Part shown: positions 1 through 11,290 of the stretch, in pieces
Position numbering within the stretch: the stretch's first letter is position 1
Layout: each line of letters opens with the position of its first letter
Sequence record: DRR723986_13328
Strand: one strand, 5' to 3'
DNA length: 64,000 bases
Notes under the pieces: generated by a model
Databases searched by the model: none
What the model saw: the letters and a program-made list of their open reading frames with translations, nothing else
Told to the model about the DNA's origin: nothing
Made by a program: the position numbers and the translations under genes

Positions 1-60
1 CGTTTGCTTCCCGTTCTTCGCGTAATAAATCGAATGAAGATCCAGGAATCAAGAATAAGT

Positions 61-1218
61 CTACTCAGTAAAGGCCTTCACTATTTCCCAGTCTTCAGCA
101 GAAAAATAATCTTTTTGCTTTAAAACAAAGTCGCGCATTATTTGCTGATTCGCAGGTTTGAGTTTTGGATATGCCAATGCCATGTTTCTGACAACGCCTT
201 CTGGGTATTCGGTTTTATTTTCAAACACAGCCATCATTTCAGGAAAATGTTGTTCATAGTTGACTAAATTATCAGAAAGCTTAATTAATGTGCTTGACGG
301 CGTGTAATTATAGGCCCAATCCCAAATAATATGTCGTTGGATCATAAAAGTCGATTCACCATAAAAAGTTCTATCCAGCACCGCTTGAATTTTTGGTAAT
401 GAATAATAATTAAAATACATTTGAGATAGGGCAGCTGCTTGTATTAAGGTATCTCCTGAATCAATCAAATCAATCAATACCTGCGCTCTTGCGTTTTCAT
501 TATTGCTTTTTGAGGCCATCCAATCGATAACATCTGCCGCGCACTCCAGATTTTCATCTCCAATTAAATGCTTTGAGTATTTAGGGAATAGTTGGTCCTT
601 TGTGTATTTTTTTATCTTGTTTTTAGAGTCATTTGCCAATCCCCATAGGGTGTAGGTAGTATACAGAGCCCCTGGTACAAATTGACTTTTTACTTCTGGT
701 AAGGTTGCACCACTAATGCCATCCACCATTGCGTGCTTGTCCATTTTAATTGTATTTACAGATGGTGCTGGCATTGCCTGCGAATCTTGTTTATCTCCTT
801 TGTCGTGTTTAACTTGAGAATGGTTTACTCCCTGACTTAAACTGGTCAAGCGCGGATCTGGTCCTTTTAATATCTCGTCCAACAACTCATAATCATTCTC
901 AGTAAAAGGCACGTGGTCAAGTTTGGTTAAGATTTCATTTTCTGGTTGATCGAATTTTAAATATTGGCCATTGAGACTCCAATAAATATTGACATAAACG
1001 GGTAAGCATTCACCAGTATTACAAACAGGGGTGAAGATTTCGCTTTTATAATAGGCCGGTAAATGATCCTCAAAAACCAACAAAACTTCGTTTGACATGG
1101 AGTCAAGATAAATTCCTGTTTTTTGTGTTTTTAATTCGAGGTCATTGTCATCTAACTGATTGAAAGTAAATGCAAATAGACCGAAAAGTGAGATTGTTAT
1201 AAAAGTGATTTTTTTCAT
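61..1218 (-). CDS. Exported hypothetical protein with CxxGxC motif and a DGISGAT (FMN-attachment-like) motif
   Basis: 385-aa ORF with N-terminal signal peptide, TPVCNTGEC and MVDGISGAT; helical C-terminal half. Confidence 0.6.
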   Translation of the reverse strand: MKKITFITISLFGLFAFTFNQLDDNDLELKTQKTGIYLDSMSNEVLLVFEDHLPAYYKSEIFTPVCNTGECLPVYVNIYWSLNGQYLKFDQPENEILTKLDHVPFTENDYELLDEILKGPDPRLTSLSQGVNHSQVKHDKGDKQDSQAMPAPSVNTIKMDKHAMVDGISGATLPEVKSQFVPGALYTTYTLWGLANDSKNKIKKYTKDQLFPKYSKHLIGDENLECAADVIDWMASKSNNENARAQVLIDLIDSGDTLIQAAALSQMYFNYYSLPKIQAVLDRTFYGESTFMIQRHIIWDWAYNYTPSSTLIKLSDNLVNYEQHFPEMMAVFENKTEYPEGVVRNMALAYPKLKPANQQIMRDFVLKQKDYFSAEDWEIVKAFTE

Positions 1219-1309
1219 CAGGATTAAAGATAAGAAAAAGGCTTAAATGAGGATTGACGGATTTTAGCACGTTATTTGTATTTATCTTAGTAATATAAAA
1301 CATAACAAG

Positions 1310-1732
1310 ATGAGATTCTTACTTATTTGCATGACGGCCTTAACTTTAATTTCTTGTGAGGAACTAGAAGTCAATCAATTTGAATACACGACCACCACCA
1401 TGATGGGTAGAACGCAGTTACTTGTTACGCAAGATTCTGTTGTTGTTGATTTTAATGGAAGAGGAGAGCCAACGCACTTTGCAAGAGCTACTCAACCTCA
1501 AGAATGGACGGCGTTAATGCTAAGTTTGAAAGAAGTTGATTTGGATAAGATTGCTTCCTTAGAGGCCCCTTCAAATAAACGAGCGACTGATGCCGCGCCT
1601 TTTGCTTATTTTGAATTTACAACCAAAGATTCAACTTATCGATCGGCATCTTTTGATCATAAAAATCCAAACAGCATGTTAATGCCCTGTATGGAAGAAA
1701 TCATTAAAATTCAAGAAGGGAACAAAAAGTAA
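1310..1732 (+). CDS. Hypothetical lipoprotein
   Basis: Lipobox-type signal LTLISC followed by acidic EELE. Confidence 0.7.
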   Translation: MRFLLICMTALTLISCEELEVNQFEYTTTTMMGRTQLLVTQDSVVVDFNGRGEPTHFARATQPQEWTALMLSLKEVDLDKIASLEAPSNKRATDAAPFAYFEFTTKDSTYRSASFDHKNPNSMLMPCMEEIIKIQEGNKK

Positions 1733-1733
1733 A

Positions 1734-3350
1734 TTACAGTTTTACTATTTTATGTTGAACGAGTAATTCATCATTTTGAAAAAGGCTTAAAATATAGGTT
1801 CCTGTGGATTGATTTCCAGATGACCATTGTTTAAGATAATGGCCTTCCGTCAAGTCATCAAACCTCTCACGGTACACGATTTTTCCTTGTAGGTCAACAA
1901 TTTCTAGTAAACAGTTACCTGGCTCAGATAAAGTGAATCCTAGATTAAGTTCTTCAACAAATGGATTTGGCCAAACTCTAGATAATGTCGGTTCTGCTAT
2001 TAGCTCTTCTGTATTCAACATTTCTGGCCAGCAAGTTCCAGGTAAATTAGCATCCATCCATAATATACGTTGTTGCAAATAGCTTTTTAAATAATCGACA
2101 TCTTCTTGGTATGTGGAACCTACGTATCCGTTCCAATTTACATAGACTCCGATAATTGGCCATTTTTGAAAATTTCGGATACGAGCGTCTTGCACATAAA
2201 GCGCCACTGAATCAATAAAATGATGCAAGGTATCTATATTCAAGGGTCCTTCTCTCAGATATTCCCAGCGACATTTCATACCGTTTGTGTAGGTTGAATC
2301 TGACAATAATTTTTCCCACCAGAAAGGAATGGAAGTTGAGAAATGACCGCAAATGTCATCAAAGTTATACTGCCACCCAGTAGTTTGATCGGCGTCACAA
2401 TAATCTGCATTGCCATAGGATAAATTAAAATCCCAAATCGGACCGGCGTGTAATTTTCCGCCCCAAATGTCATCTCGATCTTTAAAGAGAAAGGAGCTGG
2501 AGCGATACCCATCAACAGTTCTGCCAAGCTCCTGCATAATGAAAAAATCGTAAAAGGACTCTTTGTCGATAAAGGCATGGTAACCTTGAATGGGATCATT
2601 GAAATTACTGCCATTCATCATGTTCTCGAAATCCGAAACAAAACTTTGTAAATAGGATTTTTGCACCGGTTCAAGTTCATCTGGCCCTGGATCATGATAC
2701 TGAAATAATACTTCTGGATTGTATGCAGAGACAAAAGTTTCAACCGTGGCGCCCGTAGTTTTGTCTACTTTGAAAACATATCCTCCGGTTAATTCAATAC
2801 CAGAGCTTGCGTTTGAGTCAAGTGGTATTACATTGACACGACCTGGATCTCGCTTTATTTTTTCCATCAAAATATAAACCCCTCGGTACTCATCATTGAT
2901 CAGCAGCTCGCAATACCTGGTGTTGGATGCATAGTGCCCCATTTTTCGAAAAATGTCAAATGTCATGACGTTTCGAATCAATGTTTTATCTGGATAAGGT
3001 CCATATAAAATCCAGTCGTTTTCTGGCGGCATATCTAATAAGGATACGTTCACATCAGTTCCGTCTGGAGCCAATGTTGAAAGACCATAGTTTTTTTTGG
3101 GATATTGTTGTGAGGTTGAACCTCTAATTTCAATGCTAATAGCTCCTTGATACTCAAAGGGGTCATTGACATTATTCACTTGACCAATTCCATTATTGAT
3201 GATTCCCCAGTCACAGATAATCCTTGGGTCATCTTGAATGCTCTGACCGTTCGTGTTTATTTTGATAATGGGCAAATTGGTGTTCACCAAGGTTTGGCCA
3301 TAGAAAATGGCACATTGTAAAAAGAGAAAGGTGAAAATCAAGCCACGCAT
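1734..3350 (-). CDS. CotH kinase family protein with T9SS type A C-terminal domain
   Basis: RGSTSQQYPKKNY, DKTLIRN, YRGVYILMEKI and GPIWDFNLSYG CotH motifs; C-terminal VWPNPF...GTYIL...KIVKL. Confidence 0.9.
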   Translation of the reverse strand: MRGLIFTFLFLQCAIFYGQTLVNTNLPIIKINTNGQSIQDDPRIICDWGIINNGIGQVNNVNDPFEYQGAISIEIRGSTSQQYPKKNYGLSTLAPDGTDVNVSLLDMPPENDWILYGPYPDKTLIRNVMTFDIFRKMGHYASNTRYCELLINDEYRGVYILMEKIKRDPGRVNVIPLDSNASSGIELTGGYVFKVDKTTGATVETFVSAYNPEVLFQYHDPGPDELEPVQKSYLQSFVSDFENMMNGSNFNDPIQGYHAFIDKESFYDFFIMQELGRTVDGYRSSSFLFKDRDDIWGGKLHAGPIWDFNLSYGNADYCDADQTTGWQYNFDDICGHFSTSIPFWWEKLLSDSTYTNGMKCRWEYLREGPLNIDTLHHFIDSVALYVQDARIRNFQKWPIIGVYVNWNGYVGSTYQEDVDYLKSYLQQRILWMDANLPGTCWPEMLNTEELIAEPTLSRVWPNPFVEELNLGFTLSEPGNCLLEIVDLQGKIVYRERFDDLTEGHYLKQWSSGNQSTGTYILSLFQNDELLVQHKIVKL

Positions 3351-3390
3351 CTCTCTAAATTACGAAATGTTATTAGGATATAAAGTTGAA

Positions 3391-4074
3391 TTACAAGATT
3401 TTAAATCCATCAACGAATTGCTGAACTTTATTTGCGGCTTCGTAATCCAATTTTGAGGTCACAGTTAAATGAATGATGTAATGTTCTATACCGTAAGTCA
3501 AATAATCGTTGTAATAGGTATTGTCACCCATCTGATGCGAATAACATGCATAGGCGCAAACTTGCCCTTCCGCCATTTTAATTTCTTTAGAATCATCAAA
3601 TTCACCACCCATATGCTTTATTTTTCCTTTATGGATAAAGTTGGTGAAGCCCTTATCAATTTCAATTGATGGATCTGCTGTGCAATCATCCACTGTGATT
3701 GCATAAACTTTACCTTCAACAATTAATGAAGCGGCATATGTCATATGGTCCTCTTTCTGGATTTCCTCAAATTCTGCAGGCTCTGGAAAGGCATATTCAA
3801 AAACATCTTTATAGTTGTAAGTGTTAAATTTATTTAGGTTACCATTTGGTTTCCGATTAACTTTTTCGGATGGAGCAAAGGGTAAAATATTGCTTTCGGC
3901 TATTGAATCCACTTCAGCCCAAAGGTCGTTCATTGTTTCTTCGAAATTTGAACCATTATTGTTAACATCTTCTTGCTCATCATTGGTTGATTCTACCTGA
4001 TGTGTGTCATCTTCTGATTGAGATCCGCAAGCAAAGCTCAAGGATAAAATCATGATGTAGCTTACTTTTCTCAT
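3391..4074 (-). CDS. Hypothetical lipoprotein, translationally coupled downstream of mutS
   Basis: [12 protein letters not shown] lipobox with acidic tail; ATGA overlap with the mutS stop at 4071-4074. Confidence 0.7.
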   Translation of the reverse strand: MRKVSYIMILSLSFACGSQSEDDTHQVESTNDEQEDVNNNGSNFEETMNDLWAEVDSIAESNILPFAPSEKVNRKPNGNLNKFNTYNYKDVFEYAFPEPAEFEEIQKEDHMTYAASLIVEGKVYAITVDDCTADPSIEIDKGFTNFIHKGKIKHMGGEFDDSKEIKMAEGQVCAYACYSHQMGDNTYYNDYLTYGIEHYIIHLTVTSKLDYEAANKVQQFVDGFKIL

Positions 4075-6683
4075 TTTACCCCGATATATTTTTTGATCTC
4101 ATTCAATTTCATTAAGGCCTCAACCGGAGTCAGGGTATCAATGTCAATGTTTTCAATTTCTTCTTTGATTTGCATTAACACAGGGTCATCCAATTGGAAA
4201 AACGATAATTGCATATCTGCATCAGCAGCCAGTGCTTTGGCTTCAGCTTTTAAATCACCAGAATGGCTTTGCTCCAGTTTCAATAATATTTGATCGGCTT
4301 TTTGAAGGACTTGTTTTGGCATCCCGGCCATCTTAGCAACGTGAATTCCAAAGCTGTGATTAGAACCTCCAGGCACCAGCTTACGCATAAATATTACCTT
4401 GTTACCAACTTCTTTGACTGAGACGTTATAGTTTTTAATGCGATCAAAAGTCTGGCACATTTCATTCAATTCATGATAGTGCGTTGCGAATAGTGTTTTA
4501 GGATTTGCAATATTGTTTTGGTGCAAGAATTCAGTGATTGACCATGCAATTGAAATTCCATCATAGGTTGAAGTACCTCTGCCGATCTCATCTAAAATAA
4601 TCAATGATCTTTCAGATAAATTATTCAGGATGCTCGCTGTTTCGTTCATCTCAACCATAAAAGTTGATTCACCTGATGAGATGTTATCGGATGCACCCAC
4701 TCGTGTGAAAATTTTATCTACTAATCCTAAATTGGCAGATTCAGCCGGAACAAAAGATCCCATTTGAGCCATCAAAGAAATGATTGCTGTTTGCCTTAAT
4801 AAAGCTGATTTACCTGACATGTTTGGTCCGGTAATCATGATGATTTGTTGGCGATTGTTATCTAAGAACACGTCATTGGCAATGTACTCTTCTCCAATAG
4901 GTAATTGTTGTTCAATAACTGGGTGTCGACCATTCTTGATATCTAATCCTAAGCCTTCGTTCATTTCAGGTCTGCAGTAGACATTTTGAATTGCTATTTG
5001 AGCAAAAGCGTGCAGACAATCTAGCTTAGCTAGTTGAACTGCATTGTGCTGAATAGGGGTAATGTATTCACTCATGGCCGAAACAATTTCAGCTAACAAA
5101 TGACTTTCTAAGGCATGTATTTTTTCTTCGGCGCCTAGTATTTTTGATTCATACTCCTTTAATTCTTCAGTAATATACCGCTCGGCATTGACCAATGTCT
5201 GCTTTCGAATCCACTCTTCAGGAACTTTATCTTTATGGGTATTTCTTACCTCAATGTAGTATCCAAAAACATTGTTAAATGCAATTTTAATTGGAATACC
5301 AGTCTTTTCCATTTCCCGCTCCTTGATTCCTTCTAAATAATCTTTTCCAGAATTTAGGATAGATCGCAATTCGTCTAATTCTTTATTCACCCCAGTGGCA
5401 ATCACTTCACCTTTGGCCACTGCAATTGCTGGATCTTCTTTAATTTCCTTTTCTATTCGAGATCTTAGCTCAGCACAAGGGTTGAGGTTGTCAGCAAGAA
5501 TTTTTAAGGATTTGCTTTTTGAACCATTACAAGCATCTTTTATTGGGTCGATTGCTGTAAGTGCTCGTTTAAGAGATATGATTTCTTTTGGATTGATTCT
5601 TCCAGTTGCGACTTTTGAAATGATTCTTTCTAAATCGCCAATCTCTTTAAGTTGTTCTTCAATAGTGTCTTTGAAATCAGGATGCTGGATAAAATAATCT
5701 ACAATTTCATGTCTCTCTTGAATGGGAGCCAAGTCTTTTAAAGGCAGTACCATCCATCTTCTCATCATTCTACTGCCAGGAGGAGTTACTGTTTTGTCTA
5801 GTATGTCAATGAGCGTTGTTGCATCTTCATTATACGAATAAAGCAATTCGAGATTTCTGATGGTGAATCGATCCAGCCAAACGTACTTATCTTCCTCTAA
5901 TCGAGAGATATTTTTAATATGAGCCGTTTTATCATGAGCCGTTTCTGACAAATAGTGCAATACGGCGGACCCTGCAATAATGGCTAAAGGCATTCTATCA
6001 ACACCAAAGCCTTTAAGTGATTTAACTTCAAAATGTTTAGATAAATTTTCCTGAGCAAAATCAGTGGAGAACACCCAATCGTCTAAGCGATACGTGTATA
6101 TCTTTGCATTAAAATGCTCTTCATACAATTTCTGTTTTCCCTTTTGATAAAGAATTTCTTTGGGTTGAAAACCCTGAATAAGTTTGTCGATATACTCGAA
6201 GCTGCCTTCGGCAACTAAAAATTCACCTGTGGAAACATCAATGAAGGCAACACCTGCTTGATTTCCTTCAAAATGGACGGCACATAAAAAGTTATTGCTC
6301 TTACCCTCCAATACTTTGTCGTTATATGAAACTCCCGGTGTTACCAATTCAGTTACTCCTCTTTTGACAATAGTTTTTGTCATTTTAGGATCCTCAAGTT
6401 GGTCACAAATGGCCACCCTTAATCCGGCACGTACTAATTTTGGAAGATAGGTATCTAAAGAATGATGTGGAAAACCTGCCAAAGCGACCTCGGTGGGTCC
6501 GTTTCTTCGTGCGGTTAAAACAATATTGAGCACATTTGCTGCCTTCACCGCATCATCACCAAAAGTTTCGTAAAAATCACCTACTCTGAATAATAACAAT
6601 GCATCAGGGTATTTTGCCTTGATTTGATTATACTGTTTCATCAAAGGCGTTTCGGTAGGTTTTTTTGCTGCTTTTTTGGCCAC
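4071..6683 (-). CDS. mutS: DNA mismatch repair protein MutS
   Basis: [17 protein letters not shown], Walker [33 protein letters not shown]. Confidence 0.99.
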   Translation of the reverse strand: MAKKAAKKPTETPLMKQYNQIKAKYPDALLLFRVGDFYETFGDDAVKAANVLNIVLTARRNGPTEVALAGFPHHSLDTYLPKLVRAGLRVAICDQLEDPKMTKTIVKRGVTELVTPGVSYNDKVLEGKSNNFLCAVHFEGNQAGVAFIDVSTGEFLVAEGSFEYIDKLIQGFQPKEILYQKGKQKLYEEHFNAKIYTYRLDDWVFSTDFAQENLSKHFEVKSLKGFGVDRMPLAIIAGSAVLHYLSETAHDKTAHIKNISRLEEDKYVWLDRFTIRNLELLYSYNEDATTLIDILDKTVTPPGSRMMRRWMVLPLKDLAPIQERHEIVDYFIQHPDFKDTIEEQLKEIGDLERIISKVATGRINPKEIISLKRALTAIDPIKDACNGSKSKSLKILADNLNPCAELRSRIEKEIKEDPAIAVAKGEVIATGVNKELDELRSILNSGKDYLEGIKEREMEKTGIPIKIAFNNVFGYYIEVRNTHKDKVPEEWIRKQTLVNAERYITEELKEYESKILGAEEKIHALESHLLAEIVSAMSEYITPIQHNAVQLAKLDCLHAFAQIAIQNVYCRPEMNEGLGLDIKNGRHPVIEQQLPIGEEYIANDVFLDNNRQQIIMITGPNMSGKSALLRQTAIISLMAQMGSFVPAESANLGLVDKIFTRVGASDNISSGESTFMVEMNETASILNNLSERSLIILDEIGRGTSTYDGISIAWSITEFLHQNNIANPKTLFATHYHELNEMCQTFDRIKNYNVSVKEVGNKVIFMRKLVPGGSNHSFGIHVAKMAGMPKQVLQKADQILLKLEQSHSGDLKAEAKALAADADMQLSFFQLDDPVLMQIKEEIENIDIDTLTPVEALMKLNEIKKYIGVK

Positions 6684-6852
6684 GATTTCGATAGATTTAG
6701 GACTAACGAAGATAGCTTTTTAGCCTTGGTTTTCAATGTGATTGCTTTTACCAGTTTTCATAAGTTGTTAACATATTGCACCTTGACGTCCATTTTAGCT
6801 GAGCTCATTTATATATTTGTCTAATTATCGAATATGGATAAACGAACAATCT

Positions 6853-7389
6853 GTGGGAAGAAAATTAAAATTACAAGAGCTCAATAGAATCAATGTTGAA
6901 GAATTCAAATCGGCACCTAAAACGCCAATTATTGTAGTGTTAGATAATATTCGGAGTTTTAACAATGTGGGTTCCGTATTTAGAACATCAGATTGTTTTC
7001 GTATTGAAAAGATCTATTTGTGTGGAATAACTGCACAGCCACCGCATAGAGAAATTCATAAAACCGCCATTGGCGCTACCGAGTCTGTGGATTGGGAGTA
7101 TGCCGAAAATACCTTAGCGGTAATAGAAAAACTCAAAGCGAACAATTGGAAAACCTTTGCGATTGAGCAAACTGAAAATTCCATCATGTTGGATTCATTT
7201 CATCCAGAAAATCAAAAAATTGCAATCATTATGGGCAATGAGGTAGAAGGAGTGCAGCAAGAAGTAATTAATAATTGTGATGGTGTCCTAGAGATCCCCC
7301 AAATAGGAACCAAACATTCATTGAATATTTCGGTTTGTACAGGAGTAGTGCTATGGGATTTATTCAATAAAATGAATTCCAACAATTAG
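6853..7389 (+). CDS. TrmH/SpoU family RNA methyltransferase
   Basis: VVLDNIRSFNNVGSVFRT, GNEVEGV and HSLNISV SPOUT motifs; GTG at 6853 preferred over the TTG at 6817. Confidence 0.9.
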   Translation: MGRKLKLQELNRINVEEFKSAPKTPIIVVLDNIRSFNNVGSVFRTSDCFRIEKIYLCGITAQPPHREIHKTAIGATESVDWEYAENTLAVIEKLKANNWKTFAIEQTENSIMLDSFHPENQKIAIIMGNEVEGVQQEVINNCDGVLEIPQIGTKHSLNISVCTGVVLWDLFNKMNSNN

Positions 7390-7395
7390 CAGGAG

Positions 7396-9120
7396 CTAGT
7401 TTTTCACGAAAGTCGTGTATTGCTTTATTTGCTTATAGATTAAGCTAACACGATAGGTGCCAGGCTTTAATCGCGTAATTTCTACCAAATCACTGTCAAC
7501 CGAGTGACCAGTAATCACAGTTTCGCCTTCTTCATTTTCAATTTTATACTCAAAAGCACCGGGATAAGACACGGTAACAAAAGCTTCGTCTTGAGATAAA
7601 TCGGCTTTAATCTTTGGACCAACCTCTTCTATTTCTTCAATGATTACTCCGTCATCAATTGTAAATTGCTCTGTGTACGGACATCCAATATTGTCTTTAA
7701 TATTGATGGTATAAGTGCCTGGTTTAAGTTTGTCCACGTCTTTTTCAATGCTGATTTCCACATTGCCATCCATCCATTGGTAAGTGTAAGGAGCAAATCC
7801 ACCACTCGGTTTTATCCAGATTTTTCCAGGCTTTCCTTTAGCAATTTGTGTGACTTTGCTTTCAATTTGAACCTTGTTTACGGTGATAATTATTTCATCT
7901 TCTCCCGCACATTCTCCAGTTCTTGTGACTTTGTATTTGTTTTCACCAACTGGCGGAATAAATGGCTGCCCTTGTTGAATGCCGTTATCCCACACCACTC
8001 CGGTCATATCTTCTACTTCTAAGGTTACTTCTTCACCTTCACAAACTGCTAATTTTGAAGCTACAATGACAGGTTTGCCAGGTTTTGCAAAAATATCGAT
8101 CGTATAAGCACACTCTTTAGAGTGATTTGAAATCATGGTGTAGGTGTTTGCTCCTAAATTTGGTTTAAACGGCACACCATTGATCACCTTGTTGTTCCAT
8201 GTTAATTTAGCCCCATATTTAGATTTTCCAGTCAATGTAATTTCTTCGCCATGACAAATAGTTGTAGGGCCTGATACTATAACTTCTGGGGTTTCGCAGG
8301 CTGGAACAATAGTCACTCGACCATGTCCTGGATTTACACCTTGTTCGTGTTTTACTTCTGACGCTTTTGGGTCAGAGTAGGAGCTACCTCCACCACCGCC
8401 AGACCAACAGCCTGCGCCGCCACCAAAATAGCCACCGCCTCCTCCGCCGCCTGATGTACTATCAGGAGCGTTACCTCCGAAACCTAGTTTTCCGTCTTCA
8501 GCTTTTGTATAAGATGTCCATTGTCCTCCTAAACCACCATTGGTTTGTGTTCCACCTGCACCAACAGACTGGTCATCTGAACGATTTTCTGAAAGTCCAT
8601 TTTTCCCAAAAACATCTCCTCCGTCTCCACCGTGATCTCCACCGTCAGGATAATTAGATCCTGCGCCACCTGCGCCACCGGCTATTAAAACTCGGTTAGA
8701 TAAATCTTTTCCGCCAATTCGGATATCTGAAGCACCACCTCCGCCACCACCGCAATACGGTCCGTACTCTCCAGTATTATTTCCATCTCCGCCACCATTA
8801 AACCCTCCTTCACCTTGACGTTTATCGGTTGCGTTATCTCCTTTTCCGCCTACAAAAACATAAATAATTTCACCTGGTTTTACAGGATATACTGCCGAAA
8901 TAGAACCTCCTTTTCCTGGAGCATATTTGTCTTCATATCTGGCGTTTTCCCAACTTCCGTATCCACCGCCAGCACCCACTAAATCTACTTTGATAGAGGT
9001 GACTCCGGCTGGCACGACATATTCCTGCACTTTACCGGTGTATTCATATACTTTTTTTATCTGAGCCCATGAGCCAGATGAAATAAATATTACAGAAAGA
9101 AAAACTAAAAGGTACTTCAC
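7396..9120 (-). CDS. Secreted glycine-rich-domain protein with Ig-like/SprB-like repeats and a probable degenerate T9SS CTD
   Basis: YTGKVQEYVVPAGVTSI...GAGGG, GGGGGGASDIR, GGGGGGYFGGG and GGGGSSY; SGGFAPYTYQW...L.PGTYT..IKD..GC SprB-like repeat; C-terminal LKPGTYRV...FVKN. Confidence 0.75.
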   Translation of the reverse strand: MKYLLVFLSVIFISSGSWAQIKKVYEYTGKVQEYVVPAGVTSIKVDLVGAGGGYGSWENARYEDKYAPGKGGSISAVYPVKPGEIIYVFVGGKGDNATDKRQGEGGFNGGGDGNNTGEYGPYCGGGGGGASDIRIGGKDLSNRVLIAGGAGGAGSNYPDGGDHGGDGGDVFGKNGLSENRSDDQSVGAGGTQTNGGLGGQWTSYTKAEDGKLGFGGNAPDSTSGGGGGGGYFGGGAGCWSGGGGGSSYSDPKASEVKHEQGVNPGHGRVTIVPACETPEVIVSGPTTICHGEEITLTGKSKYGAKLTWNNKVINGVPFKPNLGANTYTMISNHSKECAYTIDIFAKPGKPVIVASKLAVCEGEEVTLEVEDMTGVVWDNGIQQGQPFIPPVGENKYKVTRTGECAGEDEIIITVNKVQIESKVTQIAKGKPGKIWIKPSGGFAPYTYQWMDGNVEISIEKDVDKLKPGTYTINIKDNIGCPYTEQFTIDDGVIIEEIEEVGPKIKADLSQDEAFVTVSYPGAFEYKIENEEGETVITGHSVDSDLVEITRLKPGTYRVSLIYKQIKQYTTFVKN

Positions 9121-9240
9121 AGATGAGTTTTTAATCTAAACGAATTTAATAAATATCTTATTGATAAGACATCAAAAACGGTGCCTCTTTGTTTTTGGTA
9201 CATTTTGATAGATAAATGGTTCAGAGAAAAATCGAACGGC

Positions 9241-11241
9241 TTAAAACTTCTCCAATAAATTATCATCTACCAAATTTGGCAAAGTGACAGTTAAATTTGG
9301 AGTGCGTTCCATTTCACGTTTTATTGCGAAAATAGCACCTTCATTTCGCGCCCAAGATCTTCGAGCAATCCCGTTATTGACATCCCAATGCAACATCATT
9401 TTTAATCTACGGTCGGATGCTTCTGACCCATCTAACAACATTCCAAAACCACCATTGATTACTTCTCCCCAGCCTACGCCTCCTCCATTGTGGATAGATA
9501 TCCAGGTGGCACCTCTAAAACCGTCTCCAATCACATTGTGAATCGCCATATCAGCTGTGTATTTTGAACCATCATAAATGTTTGAAGTTTCTCTGAAGGG
9601 TGAATCTGTTCCTGAAACATCATGATGATCTCTTCCTAAAACAACAGGTCCAATTTCACCTCTCTTAATGGCTTCGTTGAAAGCTGCAGCAATTTTGATT
9701 CTTCCTTCAGCATCAGCATATAATATCCTTGCTTGTGATCCCACTACCAATTTATTTTCTTGTGCTCCTTTTATCCAAGTGATATTATCCGCCATTTGTT
9801 GCTGTATTTCAGCCGGCGAATTTTGTCTTATTTCTTCTAAAACTTGGCAAGCAATGTCATCTGTTTTTTGCAAATCTTCTGGTTTTCCTGATGCGCAAAC
9901 CCATCTGAACGGACCGAATCCGTAATCAAAACACATTGGTCCCATAATGTCTTGAACATATGATGGGTATTTAAAATCAATTCCATTTTCGGCCATGATA
10001 TCTGCACCAGCTCTTGATGCTTCTAATAAAAATGCATTTCCGTAATCAAAGAAATAGGTTCCTTTGGCGGTATGTCTATTCACAGCATCTGCATGTCTTC
10101 TTAAAGTGTCTTGTACTTTTTCTTTGAATAATTCTGGCTGTTTTGCCATCATCTCATTCGATTCTTCAACTGAATATCCAACAGGATAATATCCACCAGC
10201 CCAAGGGTTGTGCAAAGAAGTTTGATCAGATCCTAAATCAACATAAATATTTTCTTTATCAAATTTTTCCCAAACATCTACTACATTTCCTTGGTAGGCG
10301 ATAGAAACAGTTTCTTCATTCTCTTTTGCAGTCTTAACACGGGTGCAAAGTTCATCTAAATCAGTAATCACTTCATCTACCCATCCTTGAGAATGTCTGG
10401 TGTGAGTAGCTTTTTCATTAATCTCTGCGGTTACGGAAATAACACCAGCAATATTACCAGCTTTAGGCTGTGCACCTGACATTCCTCCGAGTCCAGCCGT
10501 TAAAAATAACTTGCCTTTTGTGCCTCCAGACCCAGCCAATTTTCGACAAGCATTTAACACTGTGATGGTAGTTCCATGAACGATTCCTTGCGGTCCGATA
10601 TACATGTACGAACCAGCCGTCATTTGACCGTATTGTGAAACGCCTAATGCGTTCATTTTTTCCCAATCATCCGGTTGTGAGTAATTCGGAATTACCATTC
10701 CGTTTGTGACCACTACTCTTGGTGCATCTTTGTGAGAAGGAAATAATCCCATTGGGTGACCAGAATACATGACTAATGTTTGCTCATCTGTCATTTCAGA
10801 TAAGTATTTCATGCACAATCTGTATTGCGCCCAATTTTGGAATACAGCACCGTTTCCTCCATAAGTGATTAACTCATGCGGATGTTGAGCTACTGCGTAA
10901 TCCAAGTTGTTTTGAATCATCATCATGATGGATTTCGCCTGATCACATTTTCCGGGATACTCATCAATTGGCCGAGCGTACATCTTATAGTCAGGACGAT
11001 ACCTGTACATGTAGATACGACCAAATTCTTTAAGCTCTTCTGCGAACTCTTTTGAGAGCTCTTCATGCTGGTTTTTTGGGAAGTACCGTAAAGCATTTCG
11101 TAAAGCCAATTTTTTTTCTTCTAAAGAAAGAATCTCTTTACGTTTGGGTGCATGATTAATGTCTGATTCAAATTCCTTTTTTGATGGAATTGTAGCGGGT
11201 ATGCCCTGGCAAATATCTGCTTTGATTTCTTCTACAGTCAT
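9241..11241 (-). CDS. hutU: Urocanate hydratase (long form)
   Basis: GQMTAGSYMYIGPQGIVHGT, GLGGMSGAQP, DQTSLHNP, GRDHHDVSG, HNGGGVGWG. Confidence 0.98.
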   Translation of the reverse strand: MTVEEIKADICQGIPATIPSKKEFESDINHAPKRKEILSLEEKKLALRNALRYFPKNQHEELSKEFAEELKEFGRIYMYRYRPDYKMYARPIDEYPGKCDQAKSIMMMIQNNLDYAVAQHPHELITYGGNGAVFQNWAQYRLCMKYLSEMTDEQTLVMYSGHPMGLFPSHKDAPRVVVTNGMVIPNYSQPDDWEKMNALGVSQYGQMTAGSYMYIGPQGIVHGTTITVLNACRKLAGSGGTKGKLFLTAGLGGMSGAQPKAGNIAGVISVTAEINEKATHTRHSQGWVDEVITDLDELCTRVKTAKENEETVSIAYQGNVVDVWEKFDKENIYVDLGSDQTSLHNPWAGGYYPVGYSVEESNEMMAKQPELFKEKVQDTLRRHADAVNRHTAKGTYFFDYGNAFLLEASRAGADIMAENGIDFKYPSYVQDIMGPMCFDYGFGPFRWVCASGKPEDLQKTDDIACQVLEEIRQNSPAEIQQQMADNITWIKGAQENKLVVGSQARILYADAEGRIKIAAAFNEAIKRGEIGPVVLGRDHHDVSGTDSPFRETSNIYDGSKYTADMAIHNVIGDGFRGATWISIHNGGGVGWGEVINGGFGMLLDGSEASDRRLKMMLHWDVNNGIARRSWARNEGAIFAIKREMERTPNLTVTLPNLVDDNLLEKF

Positions 11242-11290
11242 GATTCAAAAATTTGAAAGACAAAGATAATTGAATCAATAAAAGAGCAGA

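Noticed and set aside
1-60. Partial CDS at the left edge
   Set aside because: Several frames are open over 60 nt; strand and frame cannot be determined
5054-5081. Fourth TAGGGGTA box
   Set aside because: Inside mutS on the antisense strand and not followed by TTGTCAT at 13 nt
6766-6774. DnaA-box-like TTGTTAACA upstream of mutS
   Set aside because: Single degenerate AT-rich match with no cluster or origin context
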